Shown: piece by piece, positions 13,704-28,142 of the stretch | Layout of the letters: every line of letters starts with the position of its first letter | How positions within the stretch are numbered: the stretch's first letter is position 1 | DNA from: Eledone cirrhosa | Lineage: Eukaryota | Length of the DNA stretch: 64,000 nucleotides | Direction of reading: 5' to 3' | Assembly (NCBI GenBank): GCA_964016885.1 | Contig: OZ024741.1 | Location: forward strand, 316,944,001 to 317,008,000 | Notes under the pieces: generated by a model | Told to the model about the DNA's origin: nothing | Databases searched by the model: none | Seen by the model: only the letters and a program-made list of their open reading frames with translations | Program-made: the position numbers and the translations under genes

Positions 13704-16535
13704 CTGTGTGTTGTGTGTTGTGTGTTGTGTGTTGTGTGTTTTAGTTGTGTGTTGAGTGCTGTGTGTTGTGTATTGTGTACTGTGTGTTGTGTGCTGTGTG
13801 TTGTGTGCTATGTGTTGTGTGTTGTGTGTTTTTAGTTGTGTGTTGAGTGCTGTGTGTTGTGTGTTGTGTGTTGTGTGTTGTGTGTTGTGTGTTGTGTGTT
13901 GTGTGTTGTGTGTTTTTAGTTGTGTGTTGAGTGCTGTGTGTTGTGTGTTGTGTATTGTGTACTGTGTTTTGTGTGCTGTGTGTTGTGTGCTGTGTGTTGT
14001 GTGTTGTGTGTTGTGTGTTTTTAGTTGTGTGTTGAGTGCTGTGTGTTGTGTGTTGTGTACTGTGTGTTGTGTGTTGTGTGTTGTGTGCTGTGTGTTGTGT
14101 GTTGTGTGCTGTGTGTGGTGTGTTGTGTGTTGTTAGTTGTGTGCTGTGTGCTGTGTGCTGTGTGTTGTGTGTTGTGTGCTGTGTGTTGTGTGTTGTGTGT
14201 TGTGTGCTGTGTGTTGTGTGTTGTGTGTTGTGTGTTGTGTGCTGTGTGTGGTGTGTTGTGTGTTGTTAGTTGTGTGCTGTGTGCTGTGCTGTGTGTTGTG
14301 TGTTGTGTGCTGTGTGTTGTGTGTTGTGTGCTGTGTGTTGTGTGTTGTGTGTTGTGTGTTGTGTGCTGTGTGTTGTGTGTTATGTGGTGTGTTCTGTGTG
14401 TTGTGTTGTGTGTTGTGTGTTGCCCGCTGTTGTGTGTTGTTGTGTTTTGTGTGCTGTGTGTTGTGTGTTGTGTGTTGTGTGCTGTGTGTTGTGTGTTGTG
14501 TGCTGTGTGTTGTGTGCTGTGTGCTGTGTGCTGTGTGTTGTGTGTTGTGTGTTGTGTGCTGTGTGTTGTGTGCTGTGTGTTGTGTGCTGTGTGTTGTGTG
14601 TTGTGTGCTGTGTGTTGTGTGTTGTGTGTTGTGTGTTGTGTGTTGTGTGTTGCGTGCTGTGTGCTGTGTGTTGTGTGTTGTCTGTTGTGTGGTGGGTGCT
14701 GTGTGTTGTGTGTTGTATGTTGTGTGTTGCTGCTGTTGTGTGTTGTGTGTTGTTGTGTTTTGTGTGCTGTGTGTTGTGTGTTGTGTGTTGTGTGCTGTGT
14801 GTTGTGTGTTGTGTGCCGTGTGTTGTGTGTTGTGTGCTGTGTGTTGTGTGTTGTGTGCTGTGTGTTGTGTGCTGTGTGTTGTGTGTTGTGTGCTGTGTGT
14901 TGTGTGTTGTGTGTTGTGTGTTGTATGTTGTGTGTTGTGTGCTGTGTGCTGTGTGTTGTGTGTTGTGTGTTGTGTGTTGTGTGTTGAGTGCTGTGTGTTG
15001 TGTGTTGTGTGTTGTGTGTTGTGTGTTGTGTGTTGCTGCTGTTGTGTGTTGTGTGCTGTGTGTTGTGTGTTGTGTGTTGTGTGTTGTGTGTTGTGTGCTG
15101 TGTGTTGTGTGTTGTGTGTTGTGTGTTGTGTGTTGAGTGCTGTGTGTTGTGTGTTGTGTGTTGTGTGTTGTGTGCTGTGTGTTGTGTGTTGTGTGCTGTG
15201 TTCTGTGTGTTGTGTGTTGTGTGTTGTGTGTTTTGTGTTGTGTGCTCTGTGTTATGTGTTGTGTGCTTTGTGTTGTGTGTTGTGTGTTGTGTTTTGAGTG
15301 CTGTGTGTTGTGTCTTGTGTGTTGTGTGTTGCTGCTGTTGTGTGTTGTGTGCTGTGTGTTGTGTGTTGTGTGTTGTGTGTTGTGTGCTGTGTTGTGTGTG
15401 TTGTGTGTTGTGTGTTGTGTGTTGAGTGCTGTGTGTTGTGTGTTGTGTGTTGTGTGTTGAGTGATGTGTGTTGTCTGCTTTGTGTTGTGTGTTGTGTGTT
15501 TTGTGTTGTGTGTTGGTGTTGCGTGTTGTGTGTTGTGTGTTGTGTGTTGTGTGTTGTGTGTTGAGTGCTGTGTGTTGTATGCTGTGTGTTGTGTGTTGCG
15601 TGTTGTGTGTTGTGTGTTGTGTGTTGCGTGTTGTGTGTTGTGTGTTGTGTGCTCTGTGCTGTGTGTTGTGTGTTGTGTGTTGTGTGTTGTTAGTTGTGTT
15701 TTGTGTGTTGTGTGCTGTGTGCTGTGTGTTGTGTGTTGTGTGTTGTGTGTTGTGTGTTGAGTGCTGTGTGTTGTGTGTTGTGTGTTGTGTGTTGTGTGTT
15801 GTGTGTTGCTGCTGTTGTGTGTTGTGTGCTGTGTGTTGTGTGTTGTGTGTTGTGTGTTGTGTGTTGTGTGTTGTGTGATGTGTGCTGTGTGTTGTGTGTT
15901 GTGTGTTGTGTGTTGTGTGTTGAGTGCTGTGTTTTGAGTGCTGTGTGTTGTGTGTTGTGTGTTGTGTGTTGTGTGTTGTGTGTCGTGTGTTGCTGCTGTT
16001 GTGTGTTGTGTGCTGTGTGTTGTGTGTTGTGTGTTGTGTGTTGTGTGCTGTGTTCTGTGTGTTGTGTGTTGTGTGTTGTGTGTTGTGTGTTGAGTGCTGT
16101 GTGTTGTGTGTTGTATGTTGTGTGTTGTGTGTTGTGTGCTGTGTGTTGTGTGTTGCTGCTGTTGTGTGTTGTGTGTTGTGTGTTGTGTGCTGTGTGCTGT
16201 GTGTTGTGTGCTGTGTGTTGTGTGTTGTGTGTTGTGTGTTGTGTGTTGTGTGTTGCGTGTTGTGTGTTGTGTGTTGTGTGTTGTGTGTTGAGTGCTGTGT
16301 GTTGTGTGCTTTGTGTTGTGTGTTGTGTGTTGTGTGTTACGTCTTGTGTGTTGTGTGTTGTGTGTTGTGTGCTGTGTGTTGAGTGCTGTGTGTTGTGTGC
16401 TGTGTGTTGTGTGTTGTGTGTTGCGTGTTGTGTGTTGTGTGTTGTGTGCTCTGTGCTGTGTGTTGTGTGTTGTGTGTTGTGTGTTGTTAGTTGTGTTTTG
16501 TGTGTTCTGTGCTGTGTGCTGTATGCTGTTGTGTG
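13704..16535. repeat. 7-bp satellite (TGTGTTG/TGTGCTG)n, about 2.8 kb
   Basis: Visible directly in the sequence. Confidence 0.97.
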
Positions 16536-16940
16536 ATATGTGTTGTTGTTGTTGTTGTTGTTATTGTTTTTGTTGTTGCTGTTGCTGCTGTTGTCGTTGC
16601 TGCTGTTATTTTTACTGCTGCTGTAGTGTTGTTGTTGTTGCTACTGCTGTTGTGTGTTATTGTATGTTGTTGTTAATACTTGCCTTTGATATTCTGTTAT
16701 TTTCTTAGTTGTTCTTCTCCATTCAATGAAAGAACACACGAGCTGTTCATTGCAATACAATCAAATCTGCACCCTGTTGGACTTTTTCTTCCATTTTCTT
16801 ATAGCTTTCTTTCTTTCTTTCTTTATTTATTTATTTATTTATTTATTTATTTCATTATATATTTGTTTTTATCCTTCCTCGTTATTTATCTTCTTTTTTC
16901 CTCTGTTGCTGCTTTTTTTAGTTTTCCTTATTATTACTAC

Positions 16941-16991
<51 letters not shown>

Positions 16992-17742
16992 TATTATCAT
17001 CATAATCATTATTATTTACTCTTTCTGTGCTACCCCCAGCAATACAGTCACTCCCTTCATCCCCTTCGTCCTCCTAACTACCACTACCAACATCACCGTT
17101 AGCCCCACCCCACCCCCTTCATCACCTCATCATCATCTCCTGAATCCCTCATCCTTTATCTCGTTTATTATTTTTTTTTTTTCCTTTCCAACATTTGCAT
17201 TTCTTATTTTCAGCTATGCATTATTTTTTGTTTTCATTATTCTTTTGTTTTCTTTTCTTTTCCTTTCTTTCTTTCATTCGTTGTATTCTTGTGTTTGTTT
17301 TGTTTTGTTTTGTTTGTTTGTTTTCTTTCTTCTTTGCCACTCTCTACCAAAACTTGCTCTCTCCCATCCACCTCTACTGATCGGACCCTCCATCAATACA
17401 CCCACCCGCTCCTTACGGTTTTATTCTCTCTTGTCTCCCTCCACCAAACCTTACTCTCCACCACAGTCATCTCTTCTTCATCACACCCTCTAACAACGCC
17501 AACACCCTCTCCCTCTTCCCCGTTGCCCACTCCTCTTCTCCATTCGGTTTCTTTCATTTTCATATTATATTCTGCGCTCGATCTGGTTCTGCTTTTCCAT
17601 ATTTCACAAATATCCTTAATACATTCGATATTTTTATTTTCAGACATTTTTTTTAATGGTTTTTATTTCATTTTGTTCCATTCCTGTATTCCTATATTCC
17701 GTACACATCAATAACCCCCTTTGTCACGTTCTCACTTTCCTC

Positions 17743-17797
<55 letters not shown>

Positions 17798-17802
17798 CAT
17801 AT

Positions 17803-17905
<103 letters not shown>

Positions 17906-17990
17906 GAGAGAGATTTCCGAGTTGTGTGGAAGGGTGAAATAACCGTAGTTAAAAAGGTACCTAATGCATTGGCAGAGTAAAGGCATCTTT

Positions 17991-18116
17991 ATTATATATA
18001 GAAATGACTTCTACAGGACTAGAACTGTTTCATTCGTATGAAATCATCAGGAATGTCCTAATGATTTCATACAAATGAAACAGTTGTCGACCTGAAGAAG
18101 TCATTTCTATATATAA

Positions 18117-18117
<1 letters not shown>
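17991..18117. mobile_element. Palindromic pair of HHR-bearing element ends
   Basis: Left arm (minus strand, about 18009-18053) has an intact CUGAUGA..GAAA..GUA core; right arm is degenerate. Next to (TA)n. Confidence 0.75.
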
Positions 18118-18201
<84 letters not shown>

Positions 18202-18400
18202 TTAAGGGTATGTGAATATTTATTTATAAAACAGCTCTATATTATATTTTATATTTTATCTGATGAAAGCACACCATAATTTAACTTGGTGTCCTTGAAA
18301 TATGTATAATGAAATAAATATGGTTTTATAAATATAGTTTCCATTTGTTAATATATCGTATATATATATATATATATATGCATGTGTGTATGCATGTATG

Positions 18401-18432
<32 letters not shown>

Positions 18433-18458
18433 CATGTATTTATGTATGTATGTAAGTA

Positions 18459-18525
<67 letters not shown>

Positions 18526-19924
18526 ATAAAGTGTCACATATTCCGTAGAATAAAGGGAAAAGAGTACGCTATGTTATTTACAGAGCCAAAATATATTATA
18601 AATAATTTCTCAACACAGTTGCTTGCTACCTAAGGTTTCAAAGCCTACTCTAGTATAAGTTATAGAGACACTATATATGCCAGTATTACTTATCTTTCAG
18701 GCAAGGTTACGTTGGCCGGTGTTATTTCATATTTGAGATCTCATCAAGTGAGGTAATAAAGTAACGAAATATTTGTTTTTGTTATTCAGGAGGAAACATT
18801 CATGCGTCTGTAACTTTTAAATGTAATTATAACTGTTAGAGTGTATGGTTTGTGTGTATGTGTGTTTGTGTCTTTCTGTTTATAATTATATGGGTTAATC
18901 TAGTGAGAGCGTGTTTTATTAAAGAGTGGCGTGTTAAACATGGACATGTGTATTTATGTGTGTATCATTATACATACTGTTGTATTTAGCTGATGTGTGA
19001 TATGTTTATTTTTATAGATATATGTGTTATTTATTTGTGTGTATTTATGTATTTATGCGTATATTATTTATATTTAACTGTATTTGAGTGCAGTATGATA
19101 TGTGTATAGGCCGGAGAAAGAGTTAGTGGATTAAGGTGGGTGTAAAATAGTTATGTTTTGTGTGTCTGGAACTGTATTCTTCTCTGCTGAGAGGCGATGC
19201 ATGTGTGCATGTTTGTGTCTGTGCCGTTGTGTGGGTGTTCTTGATTGTGTTTGTTTATGAGTATCTATGTCTATGTGTTTGTATATAGCGTGATTGTGTG
19301 CTTTTTTTTATCGGGGAGATTAACGTAATTTTCAGGGAGATTCAACGTGACAAAATGTGACAGGGCTGACCATTTTCAATTACAGGTAGAATCCAGCCGA
19401 CTGGCGTCCAACAATTCTTTGTTTGCACGTGAACTGCGGTCGATATATATTTTCTATTTTTCTATTTCTCTCTTTTCTATATTTTTCTCCTTTGGCTAAT
19501 CCATCTCACACCGTTCTCTCTCTTCCTTTTCAGTTGATGCACTTTACTTTATAACATTTTACTTTTTTACTTTTTTTCGTGTAATTTGCCAAAAGGCAAT
19601 GTACACAGAGATGAAAAGTATCAATCTTGATCCATTGAATCTACAAGGATTTCCAGAGATTGACTGAGGAGAAAGTACTATCCGTTTTCCCGCTGTCTTT
19701 GTCCTTTGTATCTCCACCTCTTTTGGATATATATAATAGGTAAAAATAGAAGTTTTAGCTGTTGCATAGCAAGTACTATTAGATTTGTTTGAGGCAATCA
19801 CAAAGCACTCAATGAAGCGAAAGTTAAAAACATTGGGTCCAGAGTAAATACAACAGTTATAAAGTGAGACACCAAGAAAACCGACCGAAGGCACTAGCCA
19901 TACACAACGACGATAGATACAGAA

Positions 19925-20907
<983 letters not shown>

Positions 20908-21009
20908 AAATATACTCTGTCATTCCTATGTGGGAAAAGCACGTTGAGTGCTTGAATTGAATTACATCAATATTTACCGTATATATATATATATATATGT
21001 ATATATAAA

Positions 21010-21451
21010 CATAAGTATGTATACGTACATACATATATGTATACCGACGTACAGTAGTATGTATATACATACATGCACACACATATATATATGTACGTAT
21101 GGGTTTACTGAACATTTATTATATTGCTCGGTTTGTTTGTAAACAAACAGCTCGAATTAAGCCATACAGTGTTCGGCAACCATCGTTGCCATTTTGTTCA
21201 ACACTGACAAAGGAACGATGAATTAGTTTCTAGCTTATTAGCTGTCATCAGCATCGTATACTTTCTAGTCAGTCGATTGAACGTTTGAAAGTATATACTT
21301 TCCTTATGCATATTAACGGCTGAGCAGCTTAATTTGCATATCGAGTGAATTAGTCGGCCGGGCGTACCGAAAACGATAAATATTTGTCGAGTGCTTTTAT
21401 ATCAGTTATAAATATTTACTAGTTGTAACCCAACAATTTTAAATATAACTT

Positions 21452-21452
<1 letters not shown>
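21010..21452 (-). mobile_element. Diverged solo monomer related to the 466-bp retrozyme-like unit
   Basis: Collinear blocks shared with the array unit: gtttactgaacattt..gtaaacaaacag, HHR within an extended stem, aaag..ctttt hairpin, gcag..taatttgcata..gtga..acgataaa. Flanked by (TA)n on both sides. Confidence 0.7.
21216..21256 (-). ncRNA. Hammerhead ribozyme motif (slightly degenerate)
   Basis: Reverse complement CGAUG CUGAUGA C AGCU-AAUA-AGCU A GAAA CUAAUU CAUCG. Confidence 0.7.
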
Positions 21453-21501
<49 letters not shown>

Positions 21502-22208
21502 ACACACACGTACCCATCTTCGCCCGGGTAAACAGATGATAAGAGAAGACAGGTAAAAGAGAAAATGACTGTATTGGATGTTTGCCTGGTTACAGTATGA
21601 GTCGAGACCGTGGTATCTGTGCGATACAAAAAACAGTAAAAAAAATCTTCCAGATATACCAGTTTCTTCGTTGTACCGTTTGTGCATATGAACAATTCTA
21701 GGTGCTCCCACATAGAATAGTGACCTCTAGGAGATGAAACGTGTATCATTGCATAGACGTGGTTGTTCCAGGTTTCTCAAAAGGATGATGGAAGTTCCAA
21801 TCTTTTATATTATATGTAGATATAGATATAGATAATTAATATAAAAGATGAAGCTCAGCCAGTTCGTCTTCGACCATCGCAGCACGCCCGTTTTTCTTCA
21901 TTCTTGGCTGCACGCCGTCGCCGCTGTAGTTCACGGTTTGATAAAGTCGAATTGCTTTTACTTTCTGTGGAACGCTGCACTCACGCACACACACATAAAC
22001 AGACGCGCACGTACATACACACGCACACATGGTAATAGTTACAGCGTTCACTTTGCCTCTCTGTTTCTGACTCTCCCCTCACACTCCCTCATTGGCATTA
22101 TGCATATTAATTTAAGCTTGGCGTCGTTGAGGTGGGCGGAGTCATTTGAAACCTATGAACCAATGATAATCGAGAATTATGACACACGGAATACTGACAT
22201 TGTTGAAA

Positions 22209-22255
<47 letters not shown>

Positions 22256-22675
22256 GTGTGTGTATCATATATATATATAAATGTGTGGGTGGGGGTGCGT
22301 GGGTGTGTCCACATACAATTACTTACGCCTATCCGCCCATGAACACCACCACCACCACACACACTTATATATACACGGACATTTAAACACACATTTATGT
22401 CCACACATTTGGAACACACACATTCGCAAACACATTTTTAAACACACGCTGAAATAGAAACAAACATATAAATATAGTTTTCAATTTCAATATTTAATTT
22501 CAATCTAAATTTTTCTAATTTTCCCTCAGGCCATTATTAATTTATTTCTGGTTCAACCAATCATTTCTCTCCACTTGAAAGTCATCAATATCTGTCTACC
22601 AAGGTTTTGTCCACTTCACCGTAAACTTCTTCTTTATATTATGACTTTTCATTGGTAACCGCACAAAATACACAT

Positions 22676-22855
22676 AATTGTTTCTACTTTTGGCACAAGG
22701 ACAGCAATTACCCAGTGCATTACTGGTACTTTATTTTATAGACCCCGTAAGGATCAAAGGCAAAGTTAACATCGGCGGGATTGGAACTCAGAATGGAAAG
22801 GGCCGTAACTCTATGCATCAAAGCATGGCGTCCGACCCTCTACCGATACTGCCAA
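22676..22855 (-). mobile_element. SINE (main family)
   Basis: Reverse complement of the 1131 family. Confidence 0.8.
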
Positions 22856-22910
22856 TACACGGAAAACACAGACGTTGCATACTACTCTGTCCCAAAACTC
22901 CTCCCTTCCC

Positions 22911-23090
22911 CAGACCTGTCGACTCTTCCTGACCGACTGGGAGATCTGCCACCCACTTTGGAGGTGAGCGAGAGATGTTTTCTCTTGTGAAAATGGGTAT
23001 AGCTTTCCCATTTTGTCTCATTTCTACCCCTTTTGGGCTACTTTTTTACATGGTACTCCCCGTTTGGGTTTTTAGTGGTTGGCAGGTCTG
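22911..23090. mobile_element. MITE with CAGACCTG(T/C)CAAC terminal inverted repeats
   Basis: Starts cagacctgtcgactc, ends ggttggcaggtctg. Homologues at 46438, 47333 and 50429. Confidence 0.7.
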
Positions 23091-23969
23091 TCACCCACTA
23101 ACAACCACCTACTATTTATTGTCAGTTTACCTTGTTGATATACAGACACTTTATTCCAACCTTCCTTGTCCAGACAACTGTAATGCTTTGGTCCCAACAT
23201 TCAGCTACCACGGATACCTTATATATAAATGAAATTTCCCAGATGTCAATTTTGACTTTCATCCTTTTGTGATCGATAGAATACTAGTTCAATACTAAGA
23301 TCGATTTTCCCCTCACTCTATCTGTCTCTATTTTTACAATTATTCTCATCCAAGATTGTTGTTATACAGTGTCAACATTAATTTTCTTAACTATTATTTA
23401 TCGTGATCGACTATTATTACAGCCATTTCCGTTGGGACGCACACGTTTCAAACTTCCCCGTTGCTTCTTAAGTTGATCGCTATATATATATTTATATATA
23501 TATGTGTGTGTGTGTGTGTATCTGTGTGTGTGTAAATGTGTGTGTGTGTGTATGTGTATATTTATATATGATTAGAGTTTCTGCCATACGGTTAAGTTAG
23601 TAATCGAAACGTTAAAAGTTTAACTGTCTGGCGGAAAAACCCATATTATATTTACATCGTAATTTTCGTAGACATAGAGTACTAAGTTGAATAATGAATG
23701 GTTTTCCCATTCATAATCAGTAACACTTAACACACAGTTATATATATATATGTGTGTGTGTCTGTGTCTGTGTGAGTGTGTGTATGTGAGTGTGTGTGTG
23801 TGTGTATGCATGCGTGTGAGTGTGTGTGTGTGTGTGTGTGCATATATATATATATATATACACACATTTACATCCGGCTGTGGGCAGGCGGAAACAGTAT
23901 GATAACATATCAATATGGTGATAAAATCATAGGAACTCTTTCCAAGAAAGTTTAAATATATATATATAT

Positions 23970-24588
<619 letters not shown>

Positions 24589-24825
24589 GAAATTTCCTTT
24601 ATTTCCATCCTGTTGCATAATGTGTCAATTAAACCCACACTCAAACAATACTATTTCTTATCCTTTACAGTAATCGATATCACTATACCACTAAAGTGTG
24701 TATGTGTATGTATGTCCACACACACACATATATATATTGTATTTATAAGCTTCTCTGAATTATGTCCTAAGCGATATTATTCATTCATTCAGATCTAATG
24801 TATATGACTGACTCATTATTCTTTA

Positions 24826-25110
24826 GTTGATACCCTCGTGGTGCTCAAATTTGTTGGTAAGAGTTGCCTTTATGGCAAATCCCATGCCATTTCCCCTCTT
24901 CTCACCTTTCGGTTTACCTATTCATAAGAAGGTATATCCTGCCACAGCTTCTGTCAAATTATCCTCCTCACTCAGTCATATCTCTGCAAATGCTACAATA
25001 TATAAATTGTAAGGTGCAAGTTCTCCTGCAACAATGGCAGTCCTGCGCTCTGAATTTACTGAATCTTCATCGTCTACAAGTATCCGTTCATTCCAAGTAA
25101 CTATCTTCAT
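24826..25110 (-). pseudogene. Degenerate RTE/BovB-like LINE APE-endonuclease N-terminus
   Basis: Minus-strand translation WNERILVD..ERRTAIVAGELAPYNLYIVAFAEI*LSEE..AGYTFL*IGKPKGEKRGNGMGFAIK matches RTE APE motifs. Confidence 0.7.
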
Positions 25111-25274
25111 TTTCACTCGATTTCTTATATATTTTAAATTTCTGTCATTTCTCTATCATAAATAAACAGCCGCCACCCGCAACATACTGGCCAGCTCAAA
25201 CATTGATAAGGTAATGTTTAGGTCACCTTTTCTAGACCCTTCGCAAAAACTGGGTGAGCAGCATATATATATAT

Positions 25275-25496
25275 ATACACTTTACTCTAGGAGGATGAAA
25301 GGGAAAATCGACTACGGTAGGACTTGAACTGACGATGTAAAGAGCTGGAATAAATACAAAAAAGATTTAGTTCGAAATTCTACCAGTTGACCACCCTTAT
25401 AATTATTGTTTCTACTTCTGGTACAAGGTCAACAATTTGAAGGGAAGGGGAAAGTCGATTGAATTGCGTTACTGGTACTTTATTTTATCGACCCCG

Positions 25497-25497
<1 letters not shown>
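25275..25497 (-). mobile_element. Degenerate SINE fragments
   Basis: ggatgaaagggaaaatcgac and actggtacttttattttatcgaccccgta. Confidence 0.6.
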
Positions 25498-25539
<42 letters not shown>

Positions 25540-25825
25540 AATAACGAAACGAAATTAAATTTCGTTTCGTTTGTAACTCACTTTTGTATGACTGACGCTT
25601 AAACAATTAAATTAAAAATGTACATCCACATATGTATACTGAAATACTAGTATGCATATGAATACACACACGTGTACATATGTAGATGTACCGAGTTTTT
25701 CACTGGACACTTTACTGTGAGTGTCCAGCTATTCTGTATGTAAACACACAGACAAACCGGTTTTTAGAGTCATACTGGTTTTCGAGGAAACACCTTTCCT
25801 CTATTCTCCAGAAAGCCAGACAAGG

Positions 25826-25870
25826 AATATTGGACTAGTTTCGATGTTGTTACATCTCATCAGCAATATT
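25826..25870 (-). ncRNA. Type I minimal hammerhead ribozyme, array unit 1
   Basis: Reverse complement reads AAUAUUG CUGAUGA GAUGU-AACA-ACAUC GAAA CUAG UC CAAUAUU: complete core, 7-bp stem I, 5-bp stem II, palindromic stem III (ACUAGU), GUC cleavage triplet. Confidence 0.88.
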
Positions 25871-26291
25871 TACCTATCTTCCGGCCTTTCTAGAGAATCG
25901 TAAAAGCACATATCGTTATATGCTTTTTCCATGAAAATTAGTAGTGGGCAGACTAATTTGCATAGAGCGTGAGTACGTACCGGTTCAGCGGAGACGATAA
26001 AAACAAATAACGAAACGAAATTAAATTTCGTTTCGTTTGTAACTCACTTTTGTATGACTGACGCTTAAACAATTAAATTAAAAATGTACATCCACATATG
26101 TATACTGAAATACTAGTATGCATATGAATACACACACGTGTACATATGTAGATGTACCGAGTTTTTCACTGGACACTTTACTGTGAGTGTCCAGCTATTC
26201 TGTATGTAAACACACAGACAAACCGGTTTTTAGAGTCATACTGGTTTTCGAGGAAACACCTTTCCTCTATTCTCCAGAAAGCCAGACAAGG

Positions 26292-26336
26292 AATATTGGA
26301 CTAGTTTCGATGTTGTTACATCTCATCAGCAATATT
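26292..26336 (-). ncRNA. Hammerhead ribozyme, array unit 2
   Basis: Identical to unit 1, offset +466. Confidence 0.88.
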
Positions 26337-26757
26337 TACCTATCTTCCGGCCTTTCTAGAGAATCGTAAAAGCACATATCGTTATATGCTTTTTCTATGA
26401 AAATTAGTAGTGGGCAGACTAATTTGCATAGAGCGTGAGTACGTACCGGTTCAGCGGAGACGATAAAAACAAATAACGAAACGAAATTAAATTTCGTTTC
26501 GTTTGTAACTCACTTTTGTATGACTGACGCTTAAACAATTAAATTAAAAATGTACATCCACATATGTATACTGAAATACTAGTATGCATATGAATACACA
26601 CACGTGTACATATGTAGATGTACCGAGTTTTTCACTGGACACTTTACTGTGAGTGTCCAGCTATTCTGTATGTAAACACACAGACAAACCGGTTTTTAGA
26701 GTCATACTGGTTTTCGAGGAAACACCTTTCCTCTATTCTCCAGAAAGCCAGACAAGG

Positions 26758-26802
26758 AATATTGGACTAGTTTCGATGTTGTTACATCTCATCAGCAATA
26801 TT
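26758..26802 (-). ncRNA. Hammerhead ribozyme, array unit 3
   Basis: Identical to unit 1. Confidence 0.88.
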
Positions 26803-27223
26803 TACCTATCTTCCGGCCTTTCTAGAGAATCGTAAAAGCACATATCGTTATATGCTTTTTCCATGAAAATTAGTAGTGGGCAGACTAATTTGCATAGAGC
26901 GTGAGTACGTACCGGTTCAGCGGAGACGATAAAAACAAATAACGAAACGAAATTAAATTTCGTTTCGTTTGTAACTCACTTTTGTATGACTGACGCTTAA
27001 ACAATTAAATTAAAAATGTACATCCACATATGTATACTGAAATACTAGTATGCATATGAATACACACACGTGTACATATGTAGATGTACCGAGTTTTTCA
27101 CTGGACACTTTACTGTGAGTGTCCAGCTATTCTGTATGTAAACACACAGACAAACCGGTTTTTAGAGTCATACTGGTTTTCGAGGAAACACCTTTCCTCT
27201 ATTCTCCAGAAAGCCAGACAAGG

Positions 27224-27268
27224 AATATTGGACTAGTTTCGATGTTGTTACATCTCATCAGCAATATT
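27224..27268 (-). ncRNA. Hammerhead ribozyme, array unit 4
   Basis: Identical to unit 1. Confidence 0.88.
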
Positions 27269-27689
27269 TACCTATCTTCCGGCCTTTCTAGAGAATCGTA
27301 AAAGCACATATCGTTATATGCTTTTTCTATGAAAATTAGTAGTGGGCAGACTAATTTGCATAGAGCGTGAGTACGTACCGGTTCAGCGGAGACGATAAAA
27401 ACAAATAACGAAACGAAATTAAATTTCGTTTCGTTTGTAACTCACTTTTGTATGACTGACGCTTAAACAATTAAATTAAAAATGTACATCCACATATGTA
27501 TACTGAAATACTAGTATGCATATGAATACACACACGTGTACATATGTAGATGTACCGAGTTTTTCACTGGACACTTTACTGTGAGTGTCCAGCTATTCTG
27601 TATGTAAACACACAGACAAACCGGTTTTTAGAGTCATACTGGTTTTCGAGGAAACACCTTTCCTCTATTCTCCAGAAAGCCAGACAAGG

Positions 27690-27734
27690 AATATTGGACT
27701 AGTTTCGATGTTGTTACATCTCATCAGCAATATT
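27690..27734 (-). ncRNA. Hammerhead ribozyme, array unit 5
   Basis: Identical to unit 1. Confidence 0.88.
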
Positions 27735-28097
27735 TACCTATCTTCCGGCCTTTCTAGAGAATCGTAAAAGCACATATCGTTATATGCTTTTTCCATGAAA
27801 ATTAGTAGTGGGCAGACTAATTTGCATAGAGCGTGAGTACGTACCGGTTCAGCGGAGACGATAAAAACAAATAACGAAACGAAATTAAATTTCGTTTCGT
27901 TTGTAACTCACTTTTGTATGACTGACGCTTAAACAATTAAATTAAAAATGTACATCCACATATGTATACTGAAATACTAGTATGCATATGAATACACACA
28001 CGTGTACATATGTAGTCTGCCCACTACTAATTTTCATAGAAAAAGCATATAACGATATGTGCTTTTACGATTCTCTAGAAAGGCCGGAAGATAGGTA

Positions 28098-28142
28098 AAT
28101 ATTGCTGATGAGATGTAACAACATCGAAACTAGTCCAATATT
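28098..28142 (+). ncRNA. Hammerhead ribozyme, inverted arm unit 1
   Basis: aatattgCTGATGAgatgtaacaacatcGAAActagTCcaatatt read directly on the plus strand. Confidence 0.88.

Noticed and set aside
12886-16708. Cys/Val-rich ORFs resembling metallothionein or keratin-associated proteins
   Set aside because: They are translations of 7-bp and 9-bp simple repeats.
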